From the NCBI RefSeq assembly GCF_045037415.1, contig NZ_CP173438.1: 64,000 bases of DNA. The stretch is one strand, 5' to 3'. Below the pieces are notes generated by a model. It worked only from the letters and a program-made list of their open reading frames with translations. It did not search any database and was not told the origin of the DNA. Every line of letters starts with the position of its first letter. The first letter of the stretch is position 1. This document shows positions 30,072 through 41,301 of the stretch, piece by piece. The stretch comes from Escherichia coli. Lineage in GTDB: Bacteria > Pseudomonadota > Gammaproteobacteria > Enterobacterales > Enterobacteriaceae. The position numbers were made by a program, and so were the translations under genes.

Positions 30072-32018
30072 TTACTTTTTGATTTCATACAGCGGTGTTT
30101 GACCCGCCACAACATGGCCCTGAGCTTTAATGATAAGGCCGCTGAAATCATCGATATTGCTGCAAACCACCGGGCTAATCATCGAACGGGCGTTAGCGTT
30201 CAGGTAATCCAGATCCATTTCCAGAATCGGTTGCCCTGCGCTTACCTGCGCGCCCTCTTCCACCAGACGTTTAAAGCCTTTACCTTCCAGCGCTACGGTG
30301 TCGATACCCATATGGACGACGATCTCCGCGCCTTTTTCGGTTTCCAGACAGAACGCGTGGTTGGTGTTGAAGATTTTCACGATTGTTCCTGCGGCTGGTG
30401 ATACGACGATTTTATCTGTCGGTTTCACCGCCACACCGTCACCCACCGCTTTGCTGGCGAATGCTTCGTCAGGAATCTGATCCAGTGCCACAACATCCCC
30501 GGTAATCGGCGATACCAGCTCCGCGATAGATACCGCGTTTGGTACAGCCTGCGGTTTTGCTACAGGAGCGGCAGTTGCCGGAGTTGCTTCAGCTGACGCA
30601 GCGGCTACCGGACCACGGGCAACGACTTTCTTCATCGCATCGCCGATGGATTCTGCTTTCGCGCCAACAATCACCTGAATAGTCTGTTTGTTCAGTTTTA
30701 CTACCCCAGAAGCACCCAGACGTTTACACATCGCATCGTTGACGCGAGCTGAGTCAACCACGGTAAGGCGCAGACGAGTAATACAGGCGTCAATGGCTTT
30801 CAGGTTGTCAGTACCGCCAACCGCAGCAATATAGTTGGTTGCCAGTTGATTGAGACCTTCTTCAGTATTGCTGTTAGCCTCTTCAGTAACGATCTCGTCT
30901 TCTTTATCTTCACGACCCGGCGTTTTCAGGTTGAACATGCGGATAACCAAACTGAACACCACGAAGTAGATAGCGAAGAAGACAACCCCCATCACCAGCA
31001 GCATCCAGACGTTCTGGCTGGCGGCCGGCAGGTTATACATCAACGCGTAGTCGATAGCCCCCGCAGAGAAAGAGAAGCCGGCATGGATACCCAGCAACGT
31101 TGCCACAAACAGGCTGATACCGGTCAGCAGTGCGTGCAGGAGGTACAGCAGCGGTGCAAGGAACATGAACAGGAATTCCAGCGGCTCAGTCACACCGGTC
31201 AGGAACGCAGTAACAGCAACAGAAAGCAGCATCCCGCCAACCATCGGACGACGCTCTTTCGGTGCTGCGAAGTACATCGCCAGCGCCGCACCCGGCAGGC
31301 CGAACATCATAATCGGGAAGAAGCCGGACATGAACATCCCCGCGGTGCCGTCACCGGCATAGAAGCGGTTGATATCACCGTGGAAAACCGTTCCCGCCGC
31401 GTTGGTGAATTCACCAATCTGGAACCAGGCGATGGTGTTCAGCACCTGATGCAGACCGGTTGGGATCAGCAGACGGTTGATGAAACCAAAGATACCGGAA
31501 CCCAGCGCGCCCGCAGAAACGATCCACTCGCCGCCTGCATGGATAGCGTGCTGTACCGGTGGCCAGACGTAACCAAAAATGGCCGCCAGCACCAGACAGA
31601 AGAAGCCGGTGGCTATCGGCACAAAGCGTTTGCCGCCGAAGAAGCTCAGGAAGTCCGGCAGTTTAATATCGGACCAACGGTTATAGGCTGCGCCACCAAC
31701 CAGACCGGTAATGATACCCGCCAGTACACCCATGTTAATTTCTGGGTTGATGGTCACCATCGCTTTGGTTAACACAAAGTAACCTACCGCACCCGCCAGT
31801 GCCGCCGCACCTGCGCTGTCTTTCGACCAGCTGGATGCCACGCCGATGGCGAATATTAATGCGAGGTTATCAAAAATCGCACCGCCCGCCTGGGCAATAA
31901 ACGCAACGTTAAGTAAATCTGGCTGACCGAATCGCAGCAACAGCGCCGCCACCGGCAGCACCGCGATAGGGAGCTGTAACGCCCTACCGAGTCGCTGGAA
32001 AAAACCTAAAATATTCAT
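30072..32018 (-). CDS. nagE: PTS N-acetylglucosamine-specific EIICBA
   Basis: 648 aa; EIIC membrane domain followed by EIIB and EIIA domains. Confidence 0.95.
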   Translation of the reverse strand: MNILGFFQRLGRALQLPIAVLPVAALLLRFGQPDLLNVAFIAQAGGAIFDNLALIFAIGVASSWSKDSAGAAALAGAVGYFVLTKAMVTINPEINMGVLAGIITGLVGGAAYNRWSDIKLPDFLSFFGGKRFVPIATGFFCLVLAAIFGYVWPPVQHAIHAGGEWIVSAGALGSGIFGFINRLLIPTGLHQVLNTIAWFQIGEFTNAAGTVFHGDINRFYAGDGTAGMFMSGFFPIMMFGLPGAALAMYFAAPKERRPMVGGMLLSVAVTAFLTGVTEPLEFLFMFLAPLLYLLHALLTGISLFVATLLGIHAGFSFSAGAIDYALMYNLPAASQNVWMLLVMGVVFFAIYFVVFSLVIRMFNLKTPGREDKEDEIVTEEANSNTEEGLNQLATNYIAAVGGTDNLKAIDACITRLRLTVVDSARVNDAMCKRLGASGVVKLNKQTIQVIVGAKAESIGDAMKKVVARGPVAAASAEATPATAAPVAKPQAVPNAVSIAELVSPITGDVVALDQIPDEAFASKAVGDGVAVKPTDKIVVSPAAGTIVKIFNTNHAFCLETEKGAEIVVHMGIDTVALEGKGFKRLVEEGAQVSAGQPILEMDLDYLNANARSMISPVVCSNIDDFSGLIIKAQGHVVAGQTPLYEIKK

Positions 32019-32350
32019 CTTATTCCCCCTACGAGAACCCTATTTGGCTCGTTTAAAGCCGTATTTTTATTTTGCTGCAAATTGTACTGCCGATGTTCTG
32101 TAATCAGATTGTTAGATCATCTGCTACAGAGTGTGTGAAAATTTAATTCGTATCGCAAATTAAACGCGTGTCTTTTGTGAGTTTTGTCACCAAATATCGT
32201 TATCATCACTCCCTTTTACTGGCTAAACCAGAAAACTTATTTTATCATTCAAAAAATCAGGTCGGATTGACGCCTGTCTGCGCAAATCCAGGTTACGCTT
32301 AAAGATGCCTAATCCGCCAACGGCTTACATTTTACTTATTGAGGTGAATA
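32019..32350. promoter_or_regulatory. nagE-nagB divergent control region
   Basis: Contains a CRP-type site tgtga-gttttg-tcac at 32176..32191 and an imperfect palindrome tttaattcg..cgcaaattaaa near 32140..32165. Confidence 0.55.
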
Positions 32351-34359
<2,009 letters not shown>

Positions 34360-34367
34360 GAGAAAGT

Positions 34368-35588
34368 ATGACACCAGGCGGACAAGCTCAGATAGGTAAT
34401 GTTGATCTCGTAAAACAGCTTAACAGCGCGGCGGTTTATCGCCTGATTGACCAGTACGGGCCAATCTCGCGGATTCAGATTGCCGAGCAAAGTCAGCTTG
34501 CCCCCGCCAGCGTAACCAAAATTACGCGTCAGCTTATCGAACGCGGGCTGATCAAAGAAGTTGATCAGCAGGCCTCCACCGGGGGCCGCCGCGCTATCTC
34601 CATCGTCACCGAAACCCGCAATTTCCACGCAATCGGCGTACGGCTTGGTCGTCACGACGCCACCATCACCTTGTTTGATCTCAGCAGCAAAGTGCTGGCA
34701 GAAGAACATTACCCGCTGCCGGAACGTACCCAGCAGACGCTGGAACATGCCCTGCTGAATGCCATTGCTCAGTTTATTGATAGCTACCAGCGCAAGCTAC
34801 GCGAGCTGATCGCGATTTCGGTGATCCTGCCAGGGCTTGTAGACCCGGACAGCGGCAAAATTCATTACATGCCGCATATTCAGGTAGAAAACTGGGGGCT
34901 GGTTGAAGCACTGGAAGAGCGTTTTAAAGTGACCTGTTTTGTCGGCCACGATATCCGCAGTCTGGCGCTGGCAGAGCACTACTTCGGTGCAAGTCAGGAT
35001 TGCGAAGACTCCATTCTGGTGCGTGTCCATCGCGGAACCGGGGCCGGGATTATCTCTAACGGGCGAATTTTTATCGGGCGCAACGGCAACGTCGGTGAAA
35101 TTGGCCATATTCAGGTCGAACCGCTGGGTGAACGCTGCCACTGCGGCAACTTTGGCTGCCTGGAAACTATCGCCGCCAATGCTGCCATTGAACAACGGGT
35201 GTTGAATCTGTTAAAGCAGGGCTACCAGAGCCGTGTGCCACTGGACGACTGCACCATCAAAACTATCTGCAAAGCCGCGAACAAAGGCGATAGCCTGGCC
35301 TCGGAAGTGATTGAATATGTCGGTCGTCATCTGGGTAAAACCATCGCCATTGCTATCAACTTATTTAATCCGCAAAAAATTGTTATTGCTGGAGAAATCA
35401 CCGAAGCCGATAAAGTGCTGCTCCCTGCTATTGAAAGCTGCATTAATACCCAGGCGCTGAAGGCGTTTCGTACTAATCTACCGGTGGTACGTTCTGAGTT
35501 GGATCACCGCTCGGCAATCGGCGCTTTTGCGCTGGTAAAACGCGCCATGCTCAACGGTATTTTGCTCCAGCATTTGCTGGAAAATTAA
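34368..35588 (+). CDS. nagC: ROK-family repressor NagC
   Basis: 406 aa; N-terminal HTH plus ROK domain with CxCGxxGC. Confidence 0.95.
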   Translation: MTPGGQAQIGNVDLVKQLNSAAVYRLIDQYGPISRIQIAEQSQLAPASVTKITRQLIERGLIKEVDQQASTGGRRAISIVTETRNFHAIGVRLGRHDATITLFDLSSKVLAEEHYPLPERTQQTLEHALLNAIAQFIDSYQRKLRELIAISVILPGLVDPDSGKIHYMPHIQVENWGLVEALEERFKVTCFVGHDIRSLALAEHYFGASQDCEDSILVRVHRGTGAGIISNGRIFIGRNGNVGEIGHIQVEPLGERCHCGNFGCLETIAANAAIEQRVLNLLKQGYQSRVPLDDCTIKTICKAANKGDSLASEVIEYVGRHLGKTIAIAINLFNPQKIVIAGEITEADKVLLPAIESCINTQALKAFRTNLPVVRSELDHRSAIGAFALVKRAMLNGILLQHLLEN

Positions 35589-35635
35589 TGTGCTTTTATA
35601 GTGGCGCTTATTGTTGTCAATATTCTGGGTAGTCC

Positions 35636-36388
35636 ATGACCATTAAAAATGTAATTTGCGATATCGACGGCGTGCTGATGCACGATAACGTCGCCGTACC
35701 GGGTGCAGCGGAATTTTTGCACGGGATTATGGATAAAGGCCTGCCGCTGGTGTTGCTGACCAACTATCCTTCGCAGACCGGGCAAGATCTGGCGAATCGC
35801 TTTGCCACTGCCGGTGTCGATGTACCGGATAGCGTGTTTTATACCTCCGCAATGGCGACCGCCGATTTTCTGCGTCGCCAGGAAGGCAAGAAAGCGTATG
35901 TGGTGGGCGAAGGCGCACTGATTCATGAACTGTACAAAGCCGGTTTCACTATTACCGATGTGAACCCTGATTTTGTGATTGTTGGCGAAACGCGTTCCTA
36001 CAACTGGGACATGATGCATAAAGCAGCCTATTTCGTCGCTAACGGTGCACGCTTTATCGCCACCAACCCGGACACCCACGGGCGCGGTTTTTATCCCGCC
36101 TGTGGCGCGTTGTGTGCAGGGATCGAGAAAATCTCCGGGCGCAAACCGTTCTATGTTGGAAAGCCGAGTCCGTGGATCATCCGCGCGGCATTAAACAAAA
36201 TGCAGGCGCATTCGGAAGAAACGGTGATTGTCGGCGATAACTTGCGTACCGATATTCTGGCGGGCTTCCAGGCCGGTCTGGAGACGATTCTGGTGCTTTC
36301 TGGTGTTTCGTCGCTCGACGATATCGACAGTATGCCGTTCCGCCCAAGTTGGATTTACCCATCGGTCGCTGAAATCGACGTTATCTGA
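35636..36388 (+). CDS. nagD: HAD-family UMP phosphatase NagD/UmpH
   Basis: 250 aa; DIDGVL HAD motif. Confidence 0.95.
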   Translation: MTIKNVICDIDGVLMHDNVAVPGAAEFLHGIMDKGLPLVLLTNYPSQTGQDLANRFATAGVDVPDSVFYTSAMATADFLRRQEGKKAYVVGEGALIHELYKAGFTITDVNPDFVIVGETRSYNWDMMHKAAYFVANGARFIATNPDTHGRGFYPACGALCAGIEKISGRKPFYVGKPSPWIIRAALNKMQAHSEETVIVGDNLRTDILAGFQAGLETILVLSGVSSLDDIDSMPFRPSWIYPSVAEIDVI

Positions 36389-36393
36389 ATAGC

Positions 36394-36425
36394 AACCACG
36401 CCTCAGGGCGTGGTTTCTTATTTTT
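36394..36425 (+). terminator. nag operon terminator
   Basis: aaccacgcc-tcag-ggcgtggtt followed by T-rich tract. Confidence 0.6.
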
Positions 36426-36643
36426 ACCCATCATTAAAATCACCCCATTCAATAAAACCCGTCAAAAACTATCGATCCATCAATAAATATACCCAAAAGC
36501 CCTCCCCTTTTTCATCAATCAGCAATCGCCATTACGTTTTTTATTTTTCCACTGCCAAATCGCTTGCGCACCGTGCTGCTTTGCGGCATTTTTTTAACAA
36601 GTAAACACAACACGCAGTAAACACCAGGTTAATGGAGAAGGTT

Positions 36644-38308
36644 ATGTGTTCAATTTTTGGCGTATTCGATATCAAAACAGACGCAGTTGAGCTGCGTAAG
36701 AAAGCACTCGAGCTGTCACGCCTGATGCGTCATCGTGGCCCGGACTGGTCCGGTATTTATGCCAGCGATAACGCCATTCTCGCCCACGAACGTCTGTCAA
36801 TTGTTGACGTTAACGCGGGGGCGCAACCTCTCTACAACCAACAAAAAACTCATGTGCTGGCAGTAAACGGTGAAATCTACAACCACCAGGCATTGCGCGC
36901 TGAATATGGCGATCGTTACCAGTTCCAGACCGGGTCTGACTGTGAAGTGATCCTCGCGCTGTATCAGGAAAAAGGGCCGGAATTTCTCGACGACTTGCAG
37001 GGCATGTTTGCCTTTGCCCTGTACGACAGCGAAAAAGATGCATATCTGATTGGTCGCGACCATCTGGGGATCATCCCACTGTATATGGGCTATGACGAAC
37101 ACGGTCAGCTGTATGTGGCCTCAGAAATGAAAGCCCTCGTGCCAGTTTGCCGCACGATTAAAGAGTTTCCGGCGGGGAGCTATTTGTGGAGTCAGGACGG
37201 CGAAATCCGTTCTTATTATCATCGCGACTGGTTCGACTACGATGCGGTGAAAGATAACGTGACCGACAAAAACGAGCTGCGTCAGGCACTGGAAGATTCC
37301 GTTAAAAGCCATCTGATGTCTGATGTGCCTTACGGTGTGCTGCTTTCTGGTGGTCTGGATTCCTCAATTATTTCCGCTATCACCAAGAAATACGCCGCCC
37401 GTCGCGTGGAAGATCAGGAACGCTCTGAAGCCTGGTGGCCGCAGTTGCACTCCTTTGCTGTAGGTCTGCCGGGTTCACCGGATCTGAAAGCAGCCCAGGA
37501 AGTGGCAAACCATCTGGGCACGGTGCATCACGAAATTCACTTCACTGTACAGGAAGGTCTGGATGCCATCCGCGACGTGATTTACCACATCGAAACTTAT
37601 GATGTGACCACTATTCGCGCTTCAACACCGATGTATTTAATGTCGCGTAAGATCAAGGCGATGGGCATTAAAATGGTGCTGTCCGGTGAAGGTTCTGACG
37701 AAGTGTTTGGCGGTTATCTCTACTTCCACAAAGCGCCGAACGCTAAAGAGTTGCATGAAGAGACGGTGCGTAAACTGCTGGCCCTGCATATGTATGACTG
37801 CGCGCGTGCCAACAAAGCGATGTCAGCCTGGGGCGTGGAAGCACGCGTTCCGTTCCTCGACAAAAAATTCCTTGATGTGGCGATGCGCATTAACCCACAG
37901 GATAAAATGTGCGGTAACGGCAAAATGGAAAAACACATCCTGCGTGAATGTTTTGAAGCGTATCTGCCTGCAAGCGTGGCCTGGCGGCAAAAAGAGCAGT
38001 TCTCCGATGGCGTCGGTTACAGTTGGATCGACACCCTGAAAGAAGTGGCAGCGCAGCAGGTTTCTGATCAACAGCTGGAAACTGCCCGCTTCCGCTTCCC
38101 GTACAACACGCCGACCTCAAAAGAAGCGTATCTGTACCGGGAGATCTTTGAAGAATTGTTCCCGCTTCCGAGCGCCGCTGAGTGCGTGCCGGGCGGTCCT
38201 TCCGTCGCTTGTTCTTCCGCTAAAGCGATTGAGTGGGATGAAGCGTTCAAGAAAATGGACGATCCGTCTGGTCGCGCGGTTGGCGTTCACCAGTCGGCAT
38301 ATAAATAA
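36644..38308 (+). CDS. asnB: Asparagine synthetase B (glutamine-hydrolysing)
   Basis: ORF 36632..38308 trimmed to MCSIFGV (N-terminal Cys nucleophile); 554 aa; SGGLDSS PP-loop. Confidence 0.95.
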   Translation: MCSIFGVFDIKTDAVELRKKALELSRLMRHRGPDWSGIYASDNAILAHERLSIVDVNAGAQPLYNQQKTHVLAVNGEIYNHQALRAEYGDRYQFQTGSDCEVILALYQEKGPEFLDDLQGMFAFALYDSEKDAYLIGRDHLGIIPLYMGYDEHGQLYVASEMKALVPVCRTIKEFPAGSYLWSQDGEIRSYYHRDWFDYDAVKDNVTDKNELRQALEDSVKSHLMSDVPYGVLLSGGLDSSIISAITKKYAARRVEDQERSEAWWPQLHSFAVGLPGSPDLKAAQEVANHLGTVHHEIHFTVQEGLDAIRDVIYHIETYDVTTIRASTPMYLMSRKIKAMGIKMVLSGEGSDEVFGGYLYFHKAPNAKELHEETVRKLLALHMYDCARANKAMSAWGVEARVPFLDKKFLDVAMRINPQDKMCGNGKMEKHILRECFEAYLPASVAWRQKEQFSDGVGYSWIDTLKEVAAQQVSDQQLETARFRFPYNTPTSKEAYLYREIFEELFPLPSAAECVPGGPSVACSSAKAIEWDEAFKKMDDPSGRAVGVHQSAYK

Positions 38309-38318
38309 GACGTGTAAT

Positions 38319-38350
38319 ATTGCCCCGGAGAAATCCGGGGCAATTTCAGT
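38319..38350. terminator. Hairpin between asnB and the convergent 145-aa ORF
   Basis: attgccccgga-gaaa-tccggggcaat. Confidence 0.55.
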
Positions 38351-38787
38351 TACTGGGGCGCTTGTTGATTCTGATATGCAGTAAGGAAATGTTCCGGGTT
38401 TGCCACATCGCTATTTGACAACTCATCACTGTAGGCCACCAACCAGGTCGCCTGCTCATCCGGAATATGCAGTCTGCCATTTCCCTCTTTCAGGCGTAAT
38501 AACTCAAAAGATTTGCCCTTAATTACGGCGGTATAGGATTTCTCACCTTCCTGTAATGCTTTCACTTTACAGCGAAATATCTGACCATCGATGTCATTAT
38601 CAACATGCGATACCTGAATGAGGGCTTCATTAGAAGCTTTCGGGCCTATCCGCATCATCCACACCACAGCGCCTTCCTGCCCACGATAGCCAAAAACATA
38701 TTTACCGATTTCCGGTTTAACCGTATCGGCGAACGCAGATTGCATAAGTAATAACGCACCCATCAACGCCGTCATAAAACGCAGCAT
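38350..38787 (-). CDS. Small secreted protein of unknown function
   Basis: 145 aa; ATG with RBS gaggg 6 nt upstream; signal peptide MLRFMTALMGALLLMQSAFA; I recall no gene here in K-12. Confidence 0.6.
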   Translation of the reverse strand: MLRFMTALMGALLLMQSAFADTVKPEIGKYVFGYRGQEGAVVWMMRIGPKASNEALIQVSHVDNDIDGQIFRCKVKALQEGEKSYTAVIKGKSFELLRLKEGNGRLHIPDEQATWLVAYSDELSNSDVANPEHFLTAYQNQQAPQ

Positions 38788-39050
38788 AGTATTCCCTCAA
38801 TAAATCGCCTGAAGTGGTAGCAGAGATGCAGGCGTAGCGATCCCTGCCCTGTCCTGTTGCAACGGGCCAGTATTTCATAGATTAATTTCCCACCACTATT
38901 GTTGAATTCCGAATTTCATCCTGTATGACAAAAGAATGGCTGTAGGGTGGGGAAAAAACACAAAGTAAACAATAATTGACGAATATAGCGCCATGCTGTT
39001 CGCAACCTAACCAAACAGTCACTTTCGAGCAATTTTCCTTGAAAAAGAGG

Positions 39051-39079
39051 TTGACGCTGCAAGGCTCTATACGCATAAT
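39051..39079 (+). promoter_or_regulatory. tRNA operon promoter (sigma70, stringent type)
   Basis: -35 ttgacg, 17-bp spacer, -10 cataat, GC-rich discriminator gcgcccc, AT-rich UP region upstream. Confidence 0.6.
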
Positions 39080-39120
39080 GCGCCCCGCAACGCCGATAAG
39101 GTATCGCGAAAAAAAAAGAT

Positions 39121-39197
39121 GGCTACGTAGCTCAGTTGGTTAGAGCACATCACTCATAATGATGGGGTCACAGGTTCGAATCCCGTCGTAGCCACCA
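39121..39197 (+). tRNA. metT: tRNA-Met (elongator, anticodon CAU)
   Basis: 77-nt cloverleaf ggctacgtagctcag...gtagccacca; anticodon loop ctCATaa; identical to the copy at 39515. Confidence 0.9.
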
Positions 39198-39207
39198 TCT
39201 TTTTTTT

Positions 39208-39292
39208 GCGGGAGTGGCGAAATTGGTAGACGCACCAGATTTAGGTTCTGGCGCCGCAAGGTGTGCGAGTTCAAGTCTCGCCTCCCGCACCA
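39208..39292 (+). tRNA. leuW: tRNA-Leu (anticodon UAG)
   Basis: 85 nt with long variable arm; gcgggag acceptor pairs with ctcccgc; ends CCA. Confidence 0.85.
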
Positions 39293-39315
39293 TTCACCAG
39301 AAAGCGTTGTACGGA

Positions 39316-39390
39316 TGGGGTATCGCCAAGCGGTAAGGCACCGGTTTTTGATACCGGCATTCCCTGGTTCGAATCCAGGTACCCCAGCCA
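39316..39390 (+). tRNA. glnU: tRNA-Gln (anticodon UUG)
   Basis: 75 nt tggggtatcgccaagcggtaagg...; anticodon loop contains ttTTGat; ends gCCA. Confidence 0.9.
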
Positions 39391-39424
39391 TATTCTTCGA
39401 GTAAGCGGTTCACCGCCCGGTTAT

Positions 39425-39499
39425 TGGGGTATCGCCAAGCGGTAAGGCACCGGTTTTTGATACCGGCATTCCCTGGTTCGAATCCAGGTACCCCAGCCA
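39425..39499 (+). tRNA. glnW: tRNA-Gln (anticodon UUG)
   Basis: Identical repeat of the tRNA at 39316. Confidence 0.9.
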
Positions 39500-39514
39500 T
39501 CGAAGAAACAATCT

Positions 39515-39591
39515 GGCTACGTAGCTCAGTTGGTTAGAGCACATCACTCATAATGATGGGGTCACAGGTTCGAATCCCGTCGTAGCCACCA
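39515..39591 (+). tRNA. metU: tRNA-Met (elongator, anticodon CAU)
   Basis: Identical to the tRNA at 39121. Confidence 0.9.
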
Positions 39592-39639
39592 AATTCTGAA
39601 TGTGTCGAATATGTTCGGCAAATTCAAAAACCAATTTGT

Positions 39640-39714
39640 TGGGGTATCGCCAAGCGGTAAGGCACCGGATTCTGATTCCGGCATTCCGAGGTTCGAATCC
39701 TCGTACCCCAGCCA
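39640..39714 (+). tRNA. glnV: tRNA-Gln (anticodon CUG)
   Basis: 75 nt; anticodon loop attCTGatt. Confidence 0.9.
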
Positions 39715-39751
39715 ATTTATTCAAGACGCTTACCTTGTAAGTGCACCCAGT

Positions 39752-39826
39752 TGGGGTATCGCCAAGCGGTAAGGCACCGGATTCTGATTCCGGCATTCCG
39801 AGGTTCGAATCCTCGTACCCCAGCCA
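39752..39826 (+). tRNA. glnX: tRNA-Gln (anticodon CUG)
   Basis: Identical to the tRNA at 39640. Confidence 0.9.
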
Positions 39827-39830
39827 CATT

Positions 39831-39863
39831 AAAAAAGCTCGCTTCGGCGAGCTTTTTGCTTTT
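39831..39863 (+). terminator. tRNA operon terminator
   Basis: agctcgc-ttcg-gcgagct followed by tttttgctttt. Confidence 0.65.
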
Positions 39864-39914
39864 CTGCGTATATTCAATGCCGAATACGATGTTGACTCGT
39901 CTTATCCTTACAAA

Positions 39915-39950
39915 GTCGGATGCGACGCTGCCGCGTCTTATCCGACCTAC
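39915..39950. repeat. REP element
   Basis: gtcggatgcgacgctgccgcgtcttatccgacctac. Confidence 0.5.
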
Positions 39951-39980
39951 GGTTGGCATGCATCCAGCAATGTTGTGAGG

Positions 39981-41156
39981 CTACAACCCTAACGCATATT
40001 TCAGCGCCTTACGTTTCAACACGCCAGCACGCTCCGCCGCCATCAAACCAAGATTACGCACAAAACGCAGCGGTGGCAGATTATTGCTGAATCCGGCATA
40101 AAACAGATCCATACCACTTTGCATCATGAAGTTATCCGCCATACGCCGCATCTGGTAACGCTTGAGCACAGGATAACTGGCCCACGCTTCGCCGTAGCTG
40201 CGGGCGTTCACCAGAACGTCAATCAGGGCATCGACATCACGATAACCAAGATTCACTCCCTGCCCCGCCAGCGGATGGATGGTATGCGCGGCATCGCCCA
40301 CCAGAGCAAGCCCTGGTTGCACATACTGCAACGCATGGCGACGTATAAGCGGAAACGCACCAGCGGCAAGCGGTGTCACGTAACCCAGACGCGACGGGAA
40401 ATGCTTCGCGATTTCCGCCTGTAGCTGCGCCATATTCATATTCTGCAACTGGCGAATGCGCGCCGGAGAGTCATACCACACCAGCGATGCCCAGTTATCA
40501 AACAACGGCAGAAACGCACGCGGTCCGTCCGGGGTAAATTGCTGCCAGGTGCTGTCGCCGGGATCGTTCTCACACTGTACGCTAATCAACATACACGACT
40601 GCGCATACTGCCAGGCATGAACGCCAATTCCCGCCATCTGTCGCACCTGCGAATTTGCGCCGTCGGCACCAATCACCAGCTTCGCGAGGATCGTTTCACC
40701 GCCCTTCAGTTCCAGCTCCTGAAGATCATTATGGCGATGCAGTGCAGTCAGCGAGGTTGGCACACGTAACGTTACTTTCGGATGCGCTTCCAGCGCCTGC
40801 CACAAAGCCTGTTGCAGGACAGTGTTTTCCACCATGTAGCCAAGCAACGGTAGCTTAAGTTCAGCGGCGTCAAACACGACATGCGCCGTTTCCCACTCCC
40901 ACGTTTCCAGTCTGCGGTAAGGATGGCAACGCATAGCCTGTACTGCATCCCAGACCCCTAACCCTTTAAGCAATGATACCGAAGCCGCGCTGATCGCCGA
41001 GATCCGCACATCCGGTTGGCTGTCAGCGACAAACGGCGCAGGTTCTGCGTGCTCGATCACCGTTACCGTAAACCCGTGCTGTGCCAGCCCCAGCGCCAGT
41101 GCGCCGCCGACCATTCCTCCGCCGACAATGGCAATTTCCGTTGGTTGATTTGTCAT
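39981..41156 (-). CDS. ubiF: FAD-dependent ubiquinone biosynthesis hydroxylase
   Basis: ORF begins at TTG 41162; ATG at 41156 gives MTNQPTEIAIVGGGMVG (Rossmann GxGxxG), 391 aa. Confidence 0.9.
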   Translation of the reverse strand: MTNQPTEIAIVGGGMVGGALALGLAQHGFTVTVIEHAEPAPFVADSQPDVRISAISAASVSLLKGLGVWDAVQAMRCHPYRRLETWEWETAHVVFDAAELKLPLLGYMVENTVLQQALWQALEAHPKVTLRVPTSLTALHRHNDLQELELKGGETILAKLVIGADGANSQVRQMAGIGVHAWQYAQSCMLISVQCENDPGDSTWQQFTPDGPRAFLPLFDNWASLVWYDSPARIRQLQNMNMAQLQAEIAKHFPSRLGYVTPLAAGAFPLIRRHALQYVQPGLALVGDAAHTIHPLAGQGVNLGYRDVDALIDVLVNARSYGEAWASYPVLKRYQMRRMADNFMMQSGMDLFYAGFSNNLPPLRFVRNLGLMAAERAGVLKRKALKYALGL

Positions 41157-41301
41157 GGTCAATCATCCTGTTAGCAATATGCTTTAAGTTTACAGGATTT
41201 TTACCCCCAAGGGCTGATAACGCTCATACTGGTCACAACGGCAGCAAAGCATTACACTATGCGCCCTGCATTCCTGGCTACTATTTCGCAAGAGCAAGTC
41301 G

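Noticed and set aside
30846-31772. 308-aa plus-strand ORF
   Set aside because: Antisense to nagE; charged, low-complexity translation; shadow ORF.
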